Below, one piece after another: positions 8,772 through 16,300 of a DNA stretch of 32,000 nt; within the stretch, counting starts at the first letter, position 1; the number at the start of each line of letters is the position of its first letter. Made by a program: the position numbers and the translations under genes. The notes under the pieces were generated by a model, which searched no databases, was not told the origin of the DNA, and saw only the letters and a list, made by a program, of their open reading frames with translations. The DNA is taken from contig NC_010085.1 in the NCBI RefSeq assembly GCF_000018465.1, forward strand, positions 1,350,001-1,382,000, given 5' to 3'. Source of the stretch: Nitrosopumilus maritimus SCM1. Lineage in GTDB: Archaea > Thermoproteota > Nitrososphaeria > Nitrososphaerales > Nitrosopumilaceae.

Positions 8772-9884
8772 ATGTCAGCTGACGATTTTGTTGTGACTCC
8801 TTGGCACGTAGAAGGAGATATCGATTATGACAAGTTAATCAAGCAATTTGGCACTCAAAAGATTTCTCCAGAACTGCTAGCACGAATCCAAAAAATTACT
8901 GGAGAGGATCATTTCATGCTCAGACGTGGAATCTTTTTCTCTCACAGAGAGATGAACAGAATTTTAGATGATTATGAGAAAGGCAACAAGTTCTTCCTAT
9001 ACACAGGACGAGGTCCATCAGGCCACACCCACATTGGCCACCTGGTTCCATGGGTCTTTGCAAAATGGCTCCAAGAAAAATTTGATGTAAACATGTATTT
9101 TCAATTAACAGATGATGAGAAATTTTTCTCAAAACCAAATCTAACTTTGGAGGAGACAAAAAACTTTGCATATGAAAATGCTCTTGACTTTATTGCACTA
9201 GGTTTCAAACCAGAAAAAACAAAGATCATCATCAACACAAGAAACATCCAAACGCTTTATCCAATTGCAGCTCAAGTTGCAAAGAAGATCAATTTCTCAA
9301 ATACTAAAGCAACATTTGGATTTACAAATGAAACCAACCTCGGAATGATATTTTACACATCACTCCAGTCTGCTCCATGTTTCATAGAAGACAAGCCAGT
9401 GCTGATTCCACTAGGAGTTGACCAAGACCCTCACTTTAGACTAACAAGAGACATTGCACCAAAGATTGGAAAAGAAAAACCTGCATTAATCCACAACATA
9501 ATGATTCCTGCACTAGAAGGACCTGGAGGAAAGATGTCAGCATCTGATGAAAACGGTACAGTCTACACGACAGATGCGCCAAATGTTGTAAAGAAAAAGA
9601 TCAACAAGTATGCATTTTCTGGAGGACAGCCAGACTTGGAACAACACAGAAAGCTTGGAGGAAATCCAGACATTGATGTGTCATACCAGTATCTCAGAAT
9701 ATTCTTTGAGCCAGATGACAACAAGCTAAAATCAATCTATGAAGATTACAAGTCTGGAAAATTACTTTCTGGAGAACTAAAGGCAATTCTAATTGAAAAG
9801 ATGAACGAGTTCCTAGCAGTACATCAAGAGAATAGAGAAAAAGCTAAAGACAAGATAGACGAATTTCTTTTTGAAAACAAATGA
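8772..9884 (+). CDS. trpS: Tryptophanyl-tRNA synthetase (archaeal/eukaryotic type)
   Basis: The N-terminal VTPWHVEGDIDYDKLIKQFG is the archaeal/eukaryotic TrpRS signature. Class I motifs are GHTHIGH (HIGH) and KMSAS (KMSKS). Confidence 0.92.
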   Translation: MSADDFVVTPWHVEGDIDYDKLIKQFGTQKISPELLARIQKITGEDHFMLRRGIFFSHREMNRILDDYEKGNKFFLYTGRGPSGHTHIGHLVPWVFAKWLQEKFDVNMYFQLTDDEKFFSKPNLTLEETKNFAYENALDFIALGFKPEKTKIIINTRNIQTLYPIAAQVAKKINFSNTKATFGFTNETNLGMIFYTSLQSAPCFIEDKPVLIPLGVDQDPHFRLTRDIAPKIGKEKPALIHNIMIPALEGPGGKMSASDENGTVYTTDAPNVVKKKINKYAFSGGQPDLEQHRKLGGNPDIDVSYQYLRIFFEPDDNKLKSIYEDYKSGKLLSGELKAILIEKMNEFLAVHQENREKAKDKIDEFLFENK

Positions 9885-10162
9885 ACATAACAGTTACCTG
9901 TGAGGACAAGTACGAGGCTCAGAAACTAGCCAGTCTAATTTTCATCAAGGACGGAAATGAGACTTTTATCACAGGAATTCTCAATGTGATAAAAAACGAG
10001 CTAGTTGTATCACTCAAGGACAAATCAGCTCACAGTATTTTGCTTGAAGACGAATCTAATGTAGAAAAGTTTGCAGATTTTGCACAATCAATAATTGACA
10101 AAGAACACAAAATCATCTCAACGAAGGTTGTCGGAAACCAAGTAGAGATTGTTAAAGGTTGA
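9881..10162 (+). CDS. Hypothetical protein (93 aa), start overlaps trpS stop (ATGA)
   Basis: A 4-nt ATGA overlap with trpS suggests co-transcription and coupling. No recognised family. Confidence 0.55.
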   Translation: MNITVTCEDKYEAQKLASLIFIKDGNETFITGILNVIKNELVVSLKDKSAHSILLEDESNVEKFADFAQSIIDKEHKIISTKVVGNQVEIVKG

Positions 10163-10164
10163 AT

Positions 10165-10248
10165 CTATGCACCAAATGCAGTCCAGAGTGCGATTACTCC
10201 AACTACTGCGATTAGAGAAAGACCTAATGCCTTAAAGTCGCCATTCAT
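10165..10248 (-). CDS. Possible 27-aa hydrophobic micro-protein
   Basis: Below the track cutoff. ATG (complement 10246-10248) to TAG (complement 10165-10167) encodes MNGDFKALGLSLIAVVGVIALWTAFGA, a single TM-like helix. An A/T-rich box lies 15-30 nt upstream on the minus strand. Coding status is unproven. Confidence 0.3.
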   Translation of the reverse strand: MNGDFKALGLSLIAVVGVIALWTAFGA

Positions 10249-10308
10249 GATATAATTTCTAAATTATTATAATTAAAGTGTTAATACATTCTCAAGGATG
10301 ATTTTAGA

Positions 10309-11319
10309 TCATCGTGGGAAGAACTTACTTTTTTTGCGTTTAGGTCTTGAACTTTGTTCTTTTGGTTTTGCAATTGGTTGTCTGATCTCATTGCAATTCA
10401 AGCACAATACCTTGAGTTCTTCTCTTGCCAAGTCAGGATCTGAGATGTATTTTCCCCAAGACGAAGCAGAACCACCACGTCCAATTTCATCAAAAGAAGA
10501 GTCATCAGAAATGGGGCTAAATCCCAAGGCTCTTTCATCTTTGAATCCACAACTAGAACATGCTTTACCTCCCAAGATTTCAAATAATTTTTCTTTTATT
10601 GTTGCATAGAATTTATCTGAACCATTACTGAAAAAGCTCTCTCGTTTTTTGGAGAGTTTATCATTTCTTAGTTTTCGAGGTTTATCTCTACCTGATTCTC
10701 TTCTGTTGTCTCTGCTAGATTCTCTTCTGTCTCTAGAGTATCTGTCATCACGGCGAGACTCTCTTCTGTCATCTCGTCTTGATTCTCTGCGGTCATCTCT
10801 GCGAGATTCCCTTCTGTCATCTCTGGAAAATTTCTCATATTCATTGTCTTGAGGTTTGTTTTGTTTGAAACAATCACTACAGTAAACAGGTCTGTCAGTT
10901 TTTGGAACAAATGGAATCTCACATTCAGTTCCGCAATCAGCACAAGTTACAAATGCAGATTCTTTTCTTTTTCTAGAGAATCTGTCGTCTCTGCGAGACT
11001 CTCTTCTGTCATCACGATAAGATTCTCTTCTGTCATTTCGAGAATATCTGTCATCACCCAAATTTTCGTGTCTGCTTTCTCTAAAACAATCATCACAGTA
11101 AACTGGTTTGTTACTTCTTGGAACAAATGGAACTTGACATTCATCTCCGCAATCAGCACAAGTTACAGTTGCAGATTCTCTTCTTCCTCCAGAGTATCTG
11201 TCATCTCTAGAGTCTCGTCTGTCATTTCTGGAATTTCTAAAAGAGCGACGTGTATCATCTCTTCTGCGTCCTCCGCCAGACTTTTTCTTATCAGAGTACT
11301 TTGATCTGTAAAGTTCCAT
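10309..11319 (-). CDS. Arg/Asp/Ser-repeat protein with three CxxC...CxxC zinc ribbons (putative nucleic-acid binding)
   Basis: The 336-aa product has two near-duplicate modules, TCADCGDECQVPFVPRSNKPVYCDDCF (aa 53-79) and TCADCGTECEIPFVPKTDRPVYCSDCF (aa 125-151). Each is flanked by RDDRRES-type low-complexity tracts. A third Cys4 unit (CSSCG...CLNCN, aa 254-309) and a Lys/Arg-rich tail follow. Confidence 0.8.
   Translation of the reverse strand: MELYRSKYSDKKKSGGGRRRDDTRRSFRNSRNDRRDSRDDRYSGGRRESATVTCADCGDECQVPFVPRSNKPVYCDDCFRESRHENLGDDRYSRNDRRESYRDDRRESRRDDRFSRKRKESAFVTCADCGTECEIPFVPKTDRPVYCSDCFKQNKPQDNEYEKFSRDDRRESRRDDRRESRRDDRRESRRDDRYSRDRRESSRDNRRESGRDKPRKLRNDKLSKKRESFFSNGSDKFYATIKEKLFEILGGKACSSCGFKDERALGFSPISDDSSFDEIGRGGSASSWGKYISDPDLAREELKVLCLNCNEIRQPIAKPKEQSSRPKRKKSKFFPR
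10684..10827 (-). repeat. Imperfect 24-nt (8-codon) intragenic tandem repeat encoding (DDRRESRR)n
   Basis: Protein aa 165-212 reads SRDDRRESRRDDRRESRRDDRRESRRDDRYSRDRRESSRDNRRESGRD. The DNA units (+ strand tctgtcatc...gaga.tc.ct) differ at synonymous positions. Confidence 0.8.
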
Positions 11320-11391
11320 GGATGATTATGAGAAATTTATTGGATATAGATACTTAGAGGTCTGATTTGTGCCTAGAAGAAAAAAACCACA

Positions 11392-11730
11392 TCAAACTAG
11401 AGACTTGTCCATCTCAGTAGACATTATCTCTTGAACTTTGAGAAAATACAATCTTGTTGAATATGGCATGTCATCCAAATTATTGTCAACTGCAATCATG
11501 AAATATCTAACTGCACGTTTTGAGATATCTAGATTAAATTTCATTAATAGTATTGGGTCTTGATGAACTTTGATCTTGTCTTGGAGCCAAGGTGGTGCCA
11601 TCTCTATTGTCTCTTTGATAATTTTATCATACCAGTATGACAAGTTTTGAGGATGCAGTCCTTGCTTTAGATTAGCAACGTCTGTGTCTATCTTATTCAT
11701 CATGTGTTTGATGATTGCCATTAGCCTCAA
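11392..11730 (-). CDS. Hypothetical protein (112 aa)
   Basis: ORF with several possible Met starts near the N-terminus. No recognised family. Confidence 0.55.
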   Translation of the reverse strand: MRLMAIIKHMMNKIDTDVANLKQGLHPQNLSYWYDKIIKETIEMAPPWLQDKIKVHQDPILLMKFNLDISKRAVRYFMIAVDNNLDDMPYSTRLYFLKVQEIMSTEMDKSLV

Positions 11731-11773
11731 TCTTGGAATTTTGTTTTATTGCAATTACTCAAAGTTGTGCAAG

Positions 11774-12250
11774 CTACTTGTCAACTGATAACAAGTTTCC
11801 CTCTGAATCAATTTCAGAGTTTTTGATTCTAGTAGTAGATATTCGAGAACCGTCTTTTGCCAAATGCATTGGAACTGTTATGACTTCTACTGGGGAGAGA
11901 TTCTTTTTTGCCCTCAAGTCATTTAGCACATCTCCCTGACTGCTTGTCTCATCACTTACAACTAGTGCTTGTACTTCTGGTTCTAGGACAGCAGGACCAA
12001 AGTCATTATCGAGTTTACTGATTTGAAATGAAGATTTTGGAAATTCCTTAAAGATTGTCTCAGTTAGATTTGCAAGGCGTTTCTCATAGTTGTTTGAAAG
12101 TGTCTTTCCGCGTTTTTTTGCAAACTCGTCACTAGTCAATCCAATGATTACTTTATCTGAAATCTCAAATGCACTTGAGAGCAATGTAATGTGTCCTCTG
12201 TGAATAATATCAAATGTCCCACCCATTGCAACTAGAGAGAATTGAGACAT
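11774..12250 (-). CDS. coaD: Phosphopantetheine adenylyltransferase, archaeal type (cytidylyltransferase fold)
   Basis: GGTFDIIHRGH (HxGH nucleotidyltransferase motif), DNDFGPA, LVVSDET and the C-terminal RISTTRIK (ISSTxIR-like) in a 158-aa protein match archaeal PPAT rather than longer cytidylyltransferases. Confidence 0.8.
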   Translation of the reverse strand: MSQFSLVAMGGTFDIIHRGHITLLSSAFEISDKVIIGLTSDEFAKKRGKTLSNNYEKRLANLTETIFKEFPKSSFQISKLDNDFGPAVLEPEVQALVVSDETSSQGDVLNDLRAKKNLSPVEVITVPMHLAKDGSRISTTRIKNSEIDSEGNLLSVDK

Positions 12251-12283
12251 GTCAGTTATTGTGTCTCTTTGAAAATAAACTTA

Positions 12284-13351
12284 CTATTGGATATGGAGCA
12301 GGGCAAATGGACCGCGCTCTGCTATTGGAATATTGTTCCTATCCCAGACAAATGTCTCAAGGAAGTAGAGTCCACTCTTTTGTGGCATCCAGTCTATTGC
12401 AGGATACTGATTACCTGTTCCAATAAAGCGTCCGTCATCTTTTCCAATGTACTCTACTGCTCCGGTTGTAGATTCTTTGACTTGGATATAGTATGTGTAT
12501 GGGGTTTCGTTTGTACTTTGGTCTGCAGCAAATTGTATCCAGAGTTTACTTTGCACATTTACAATGGTACCAACTGGAATTTCAGATAGTTGCTTTCCTT
12601 CTGAATCTCTTACATAGACACTAGAGATTGAAACTAGTTTAGACAAGGATTGAGGTTCAGGAATTTCTACATCAATGAAATTAGAAGAGAATACATCAGA
12701 TTCTGCAAACAACAAGAATCCTACTGCCCTTGCATCAATTTCCCTATTGACATTAAATGAAACCTCACTGTCAAGTTCCACATCATCAAGTTCCAGAGTT
12801 ATCACTTCAAGAATTCTAGGAGGCTCAAATGCATCATACAATGCCATGTAGACATTGGTGTTAGAGCTTGGAGCCCCACCGTTTTCTATTACTCCCTTAA
12901 AGTTAAGACGATTATCAACTGTAATTTCACTAGAATAAACTGTCAGGCCTTTTTCTTTTGCAGAAGACGAATCAAATCCAAGCAAAGAGATTGATGCATC
13001 AGTTATGTCAGGGTTTGGGGTTTGGGATTTGATAGAAAATGTAGACTCGCCGTTTGGTGGAATTACCTCAAGTGTTGACCTTTCTGAGACAACCTCCAGA
13101 GGATTAGGATCAAAGTCATCAAAGAAATTCACTTGAATCATGACATTTGTAACAGAGGATAGAGAGTTGTTGTTTTTCACAGTACCAACTACAACGGTAT
13201 AACCATCAGAATCCTGATAGACATACGGAGCCTCACTGGTTATGGATACGGCAAGAGTTGGAGCAGTATCAGAATACTCTTGAGCAAATGATTGTGAAAA
13301 TGGAATTAGTAGAAATACCAAAAATGCAGCAAGGGCAAATTTTAACATCAA
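12284..13351 (-). CDS. Secreted/extracellular protein with signal peptide (355 aa)
   Basis: N-terminal signal-like MMLKFALAAFLVFLLIPFSQSFAQE. The remainder is Ser/Thr/Val/Asn-rich and beta-strand-like, with no named family. Confidence 0.7.
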   Translation of the reverse strand: MMLKFALAAFLVFLLIPFSQSFAQEYSDTAPTLAVSITSEAPYVYQDSDGYTVVVGTVKNNNSLSSVTNVMIQVNFFDDFDPNPLEVVSERSTLEVIPPNGESTFSIKSQTPNPDITDASISLLGFDSSSAKEKGLTVYSSEITVDNRLNFKGVIENGGAPSSNTNVYMALYDAFEPPRILEVITLELDDVELDSEVSFNVNREIDARAVGFLLFAESDVFSSNFIDVEIPEPQSLSKLVSISSVYVRDSEGKQLSEIPVGTIVNVQSKLWIQFAADQSTNETPYTYYIQVKESTTGAVEYIGKDDGRFIGTGNQYPAIDWMPQKSGLYFLETFVWDRNNIPIAERGPFALLHIQ

Positions 13352-13467
13352 AATTTCTTGGATTTGGAGATTAATTTTCTACGACATAACATATAGTGAA
13401 CAAGAAAGGTAACATCGTTTAACCTAGTTTACACTAGAGAAATGAAATAATAAAAAGAGATGTAAGT

Positions 13468-13569
13468 TTAGTTTCTCTTTGCGGTAATTGCTAACCAGTA
13501 AATTAATCCTGGAGCTAAACCAACAATTAGCGGAATGAATACCGGCCATCCGTCTACTGCGCTTGCCAT
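13468..13569 (-). CDS. Possible 33-aa membrane micro-protein
   Basis: Below the track cutoff. It encodes MASAVDGWPVFIPLIVGLAPGLIYWLAITAKRN (one TM helix, basic C-terminus). A TTTAAATA box on the minus strand ends about 24 nt upstream of the ATG (complement 13567-13569). Confidence 0.35.
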   Translation of the reverse strand: MASAVDGWPVFIPLIVGLAPGLIYWLAITAKRN

Positions 13570-13649
13570 GAGAAAAAACGGAAACTTGTCCTATTTAAAT
13601 CCATTTAGCAGTTCGATATTCAGCATGGATCGCGTATAAAAGCAAAGAG

Positions 13650-13723
13650 TGGACCGGACGGAATTTGAATCCGTGACCCCCCGCGTGCAAGGCGGGTATA
13701 CTACCAGGCTATACTACCGGCCC
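13650..13723 (-). tRNA. tRNA-Ala (anticodon UGC)
   Basis: The minus strand reads GGGCCGGTAGTATAGCCTGGTAGTATACCCGCCTTGCACGCGGGGGGTCACGGATTCAAATTCCGTCCGGTCCA. It folds as a full cloverleaf with anticodon loop CTTGCAC, the G3:U70 alanine identity pair and discriminator A. CCA is not encoded. Confidence 0.95.
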
Positions 13724-13803
13724 ACACGAGACTTGGTTTATCTGCAGATTTTAATTGTTGTCTTCTTGGCAAGGATTTTATTTGAAAGTAAGAACGACTA
13801 CTC

Positions 13804-14358
13804 ATGGTACTTTTAGAATCCCAAGTCAAACTAAAGACTGGAGATACAGCACCAGACTTTGATCTTTTAGGAATTGATGACAAGAAACATGCACTAGGCG
13901 ACTACAAGGATTACAAGGGATATCTCGTAATCTTCATGTGCAATCACTGTCCTTACGTCAAAGCCAAGGTTGATGCACTAAACGAATTGTATGAAAAATG
14001 TGGCAGCGATGTTGCCATGATTGCAATTAACAGCAATGACTCTACTGATTATCCTGAAGACAGTTTTGATGCAATGAAAGAGACTGCAAAAGAGAAGGGA
14101 TTCAAATTTGATTATCTAGTTGATGAGACACAAGAGATTGCCAAAAAGTATGGCGCAATGTGTACTCCAGACCCATACTTGTTTGATGGCCAAAAACAGC
14201 TAGTATTTCATGGAAGAATTGACAATGCCATGAAGCCTGATGATACTGCAACTGAGAAGACAATGATCAACAATATCGATAAACTAGTAACAGGTCAAAA
14301 AATCGAAAAAGACTTTGACCCATCTATTGGCTGTTCTATCAAGTGGAAAGAAAATTAG
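13804..14358 (+). CDS. Thioredoxin-fold protein (AhpC/TSA / redoxin-like)
   Basis: TGDTAPDFDL...GYLVIFMCNHCPYV shows the redoxin-type N-terminus with a CxxC-like CNHC active site, in 184 aa. Confidence 0.85.
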   Translation: MVLLESQVKLKTGDTAPDFDLLGIDDKKHALGDYKDYKGYLVIFMCNHCPYVKAKVDALNELYEKCGSDVAMIAINSNDSTDYPEDSFDAMKETAKEKGFKFDYLVDETQEIAKKYGAMCTPDPYLFDGQKQLVFHGRIDNAMKPDDTATEKTMINNIDKLVTGQKIEKDFDPSIGCSIKWKEN

Positions 14359-14391
14359 ACTTAAATGAGTCTGACCTAGAGATTTGTTCGT

Positions 14392-14466
14392 GGGCTCGTA
14401 GCTCAGCTTGGCTGGAGCGTTCGACTGATAATCGAAAGGTCATGAGTTCGAATCTCATCGGGCCCA
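14392..14466 (+). tRNA. tRNA-Ile (anticodon GAU)
   Basis: GGGCTCG-TA-GCTC-AGCTTGGCTG-GAGC-G-TTCGA-CTGATAA-TCGAA-AGGTC-ATGAG-TTCGAAT-CTCAT-CGGGCCC-A gives a perfect cloverleaf. Confidence 0.95.
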
Positions 14467-15354
14467 TTACTTTTGATTCTGATATACTGTTTGAGACCAC
14501 TGGATAATTTCATCTAGTTTGTCTGTTACAAGGTCTGACTCTGCTTTTTTGAAAGTATTTCCGCAAAGGACTAGTTTCATCCGTTTTCCAGATTTTGATT
14601 TTATTGGATTAATGGAATCAGCAAAGAAATTCAGACCCTCATCGGTTTCAGAAAAAACAACTACAATCAAGACTCCAGGTTTTTGCTTCCATACTTTACC
14701 AATCAGTTTCTGAAAATCAAGATCAAAGAGCACATCGATAGCTGATGACATGTCCCCAAGATGAGAGACCCTCCATCCATCTGAATGAAATGCAGCAGAA
14801 GCTGCTTCGGCAATCAAACTACTTTGAAAGTCAGCTGAAATCACAATCACATTTTTTTTAGATTCAGAAACTATAGGAATCTGGTCTAGTATCTGAAGGG
14901 ATTTTGAGATAATAGTCCTCAGTAGGTTTTTCTCAGCAGTACCAATCTTTCCCTCATCAAAGAGATTCTTTATCGAATCTATTGCAGGCAAAATTACCTC
15001 AATTATCAAGCGATTAACAGTGGCTCCAGAATGCAGAGAATTTCGAATCAGAGAATAGACCTGGTCCTCGTTTCCCTTTATCAGGTAATCAAGAAACTTG
15101 GGGGCCACTTTGAAATAATCATCAGGAAAATGAAATGATTCTTGTCCTGGTTCTAAAAACCAAAGTGTAATGTTTCCGATATTTTTTTGACGAACCAGTC
15201 CTTCAGCTGCAAAAACTTTGAGATACTTTGTCATGGTGATGCGGTTTACTTTCATTTGCTCTGAAATCTCCACACCAGACATTCCGGATTCAGAATCCTT
15301 CAAAACTGAAATTAGTTTTTCGCGAATCTCTTCTTCAGAATATCCTTTTCCCAT
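14467..15354 (-). CDS. Winged-helix transcription regulator with C-terminal cobalamin-binding-like domain
   Basis: The N-terminal wHTH is MSGVEISEQMKVNRITMTKYLKVFAAEGLVRQ. The middle helical bundle, VILPAIDSIKNLFDEGKIGTAEKNLLRTIISKSLQIL, resembles the B12-binding_2 cap. A Rossmann-like part follows (NVIVISADFQSSLIAEAASAAFHSDGWRVSHLGD...LIVVVFS...KLVLCGN). The canonical DxHxxG His ligand is absent. The stop codon abuts the tRNA-Ile 3' end. Confidence 0.65.
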   Translation of the reverse strand: MGKGYSEEEIREKLISVLKDSESGMSGVEISEQMKVNRITMTKYLKVFAAEGLVRQKNIGNITLWFLEPGQESFHFPDDYFKVAPKFLDYLIKGNEDQVYSLIRNSLHSGATVNRLIIEVILPAIDSIKNLFDEGKIGTAEKNLLRTIISKSLQILDQIPIVSESKKNVIVISADFQSSLIAEAASAAFHSDGWRVSHLGDMSSAIDVLFDLDFQKLIGKVWKQKPGVLIVVVFSETDEGLNFFADSINPIKSKSGKRMKLVLCGNTFKKAESDLVTDKLDEIIQWSQTVYQNQK

Positions 15355-15472
15355 TATTGCTCTTGGAGTATGGTATTGTATAAAGACTAATTTTCACTGA
15401 CTTACATGACCTGTTTTTTAAAATAAAATCTTATATAGAAGGTACCTTAAAGTACGGTAAGGGAAAAGTAAA

Positions 15473-15856
15473 TTGCCAAAAGCCGGATTCAAATCAATCA
15501 CCGTTTCAGAAACTGTCTACGATAAATTCCAAGAAGTTTATCAAAAGAGTAAAGACGACCTAGCAATGAAAGGTGTCAACAGTTTCTCAGGTTATGTTAC
15601 TTACATGTTAGAGGAGATGATGCAAAAGGACAAGACCTTTGCAAGATATGCTCCAAAGATTGAAAAGATTTCAGTTGATGATGATAGAATTATTCTAAAG
15701 GACAATATCAAAAACAGAATTGCCGAAGTTGCAGTTCAGAAAGGAGAGTTGTACTGTCAGCTCTGTGATGAGAAAGATTGTGTCCATGTTGGTTATGTCT
15801 GGTCCATACCAGAAGTCTATGAAGTTCTAAACGCTAGAGGAATTAGACAAAAATAG
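15473..15856 (+). CDS. Hypothetical protein, possible ribbon-helix-helix N-terminus plus Cys/His cluster
   Basis: TTG start. KSITVSETVYDKFQEVYQKS looks like an RHH beta-strand plus helix. The C-terminal part has CQLCDEKDCVH. The family call is weak. Confidence 0.5.
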   Translation: MPKAGFKSITVSETVYDKFQEVYQKSKDDLAMKGVNSFSGYVTYMLEEMMQKDKTFARYAPKIEKISVDDDRIILKDNIKNRIAEVAVQKGELYCQLCDEKDCVHVGYVWSIPEVYEVLNARGIRQK

Positions 15857-15908
15857 TTGTGTATGGAGGAGGTGGGATTTGAACCCACGAACTCCTGAGA
15901 GACAGGAT

Positions 15909-15923
15909 CACCCATTATTTGAT
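15909..15923 (-). other. Predicted canonical (37/38) tRNA intron of tRNA-Leu (15 nt)
   Basis: The intron is ATCAAATAATGGGTG. The central helix CUUA/UGGG (two G-U pairs) is flanked by 3-nt bulges AG|A and UG|A adjacent to the anticodon stem. The boundary can slide by 1 nt. Confidence 0.75.
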
Positions 15924-15937
15924 CTTAAGTCCTGCAT

Positions 15938-15961
15938 GTCCAAAAGCACAAAGTGTACTTA
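15938..15961 (-). other. Predicted non-canonical tRNA intron in the D arm of tRNA-Leu (24 nt)
   Basis: The intron is TAAGTACACTTTGTGCTTTTGGAC. Its excision joins ...CCAAAG to ATG-CAGGA and creates the otherwise missing D stem ATC/GAT. The flanks form a bulge-helix-bulge: a 4-bp central helix CCAA/TTGG between 3-nt bulges AG|T and AC|A, plus a 6-bp intron helix AAGTAC/GTGCTT. Confidence 0.7.
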
Positions 15962-16078
15962 CTTTGGCCAGGCTTGATTACTCCTCCAAAATGGTAAAAA
16001 TCTGTGTGAAATTTAACAGTTTACAGATTTTGCAGCGATAATGAAGAATTATAAGGATTTTCTACAGGGTGAGTTTGT

Positions 16079-16152
16079 GCTTCGATAGCTCAGCCTGGTA
16101 GAGCGTTACCTTGGTAAGGTAAAGGTCGCGGGTTCGGATCCCGTTCGAAGCT
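16079..16152 (+). tRNA. tRNA-Thr (anticodon GGU)
   Basis: GCTTCGA-TA-GCTC-AGCCTGGTA-GAGC-G-TTACC-TTGGTAA-GGTAA-AGGTC-GCGGG-TTCGGAT-CCCGT-TCGAAGC-T folds as a cloverleaf and is followed by a T-tract. Confidence 0.95.
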
Positions 16153-16300
16153 TTTTTCAATTTTCAAGATATCTCAAAAAACGGATTTTTGGCAAATTTA
16201 CGAAGTTTGTATTTAACCTCTTACTCAACTAGGAAAAACCTAGTCCGAGATCAATTTTTTTTATCTTCTGAACTGTTAAAAAATTCTGCAATACTAACTA

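Larger units (their letters stand above)
15864..15987 (-). tRNA. tRNA-Leu (anticodon UAA) with two introns (canonical 37/38 and a D-arm intron)
   Basis: 124 nt on the minus strand. It has a 7-bp acceptor stem GGAGGAG/CTCCTCC with discriminator A, D-loop AGCCTGGCCAAA, T arm GTGGG-TTCAAAT-CCCAC, a long variable arm, and anticodon stem CAGGA/TCCTG with loop CTTAAG|A. Removing 15 nt and 24 nt gives an approximately 85-nt class II tRNA. Confidence 0.85.

Noticed and set aside
10398-11304. Multiple track ORFs in other frames and on the other strand inside the zinc-ribbon gene, and the periodic repeat as a possible CRISPR-like array
   Set aside because: The ORFs are low-complexity artefacts of the Arg/Asp/Ser repeat (Leu/Ser-rich antisense translations). 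The 24-nt periodicity has no unique spacers and lies inside one long, coherent reading frame.
11321-11365. GATGATTA ... CTGA pair resembling C and D boxes
   Set aside because: Only 33 nt separate the boxes, too short for a two-guide archaeal C/D sRNA. The region is AT-rich with no terminal stem, and it coincides with the promoter and start of the zinc-ribbon gene.
15997-16031. 9-bp inverted repeat AAAATCTGT / ACAGATTTT between the divergent tRNA-Leu and tRNA-Thr genes
   Set aside because: It is AT-rich, overlaps the expected TATA region of tRNA-Leu, and is plausible by chance in this composition. There is no further supporting structure.
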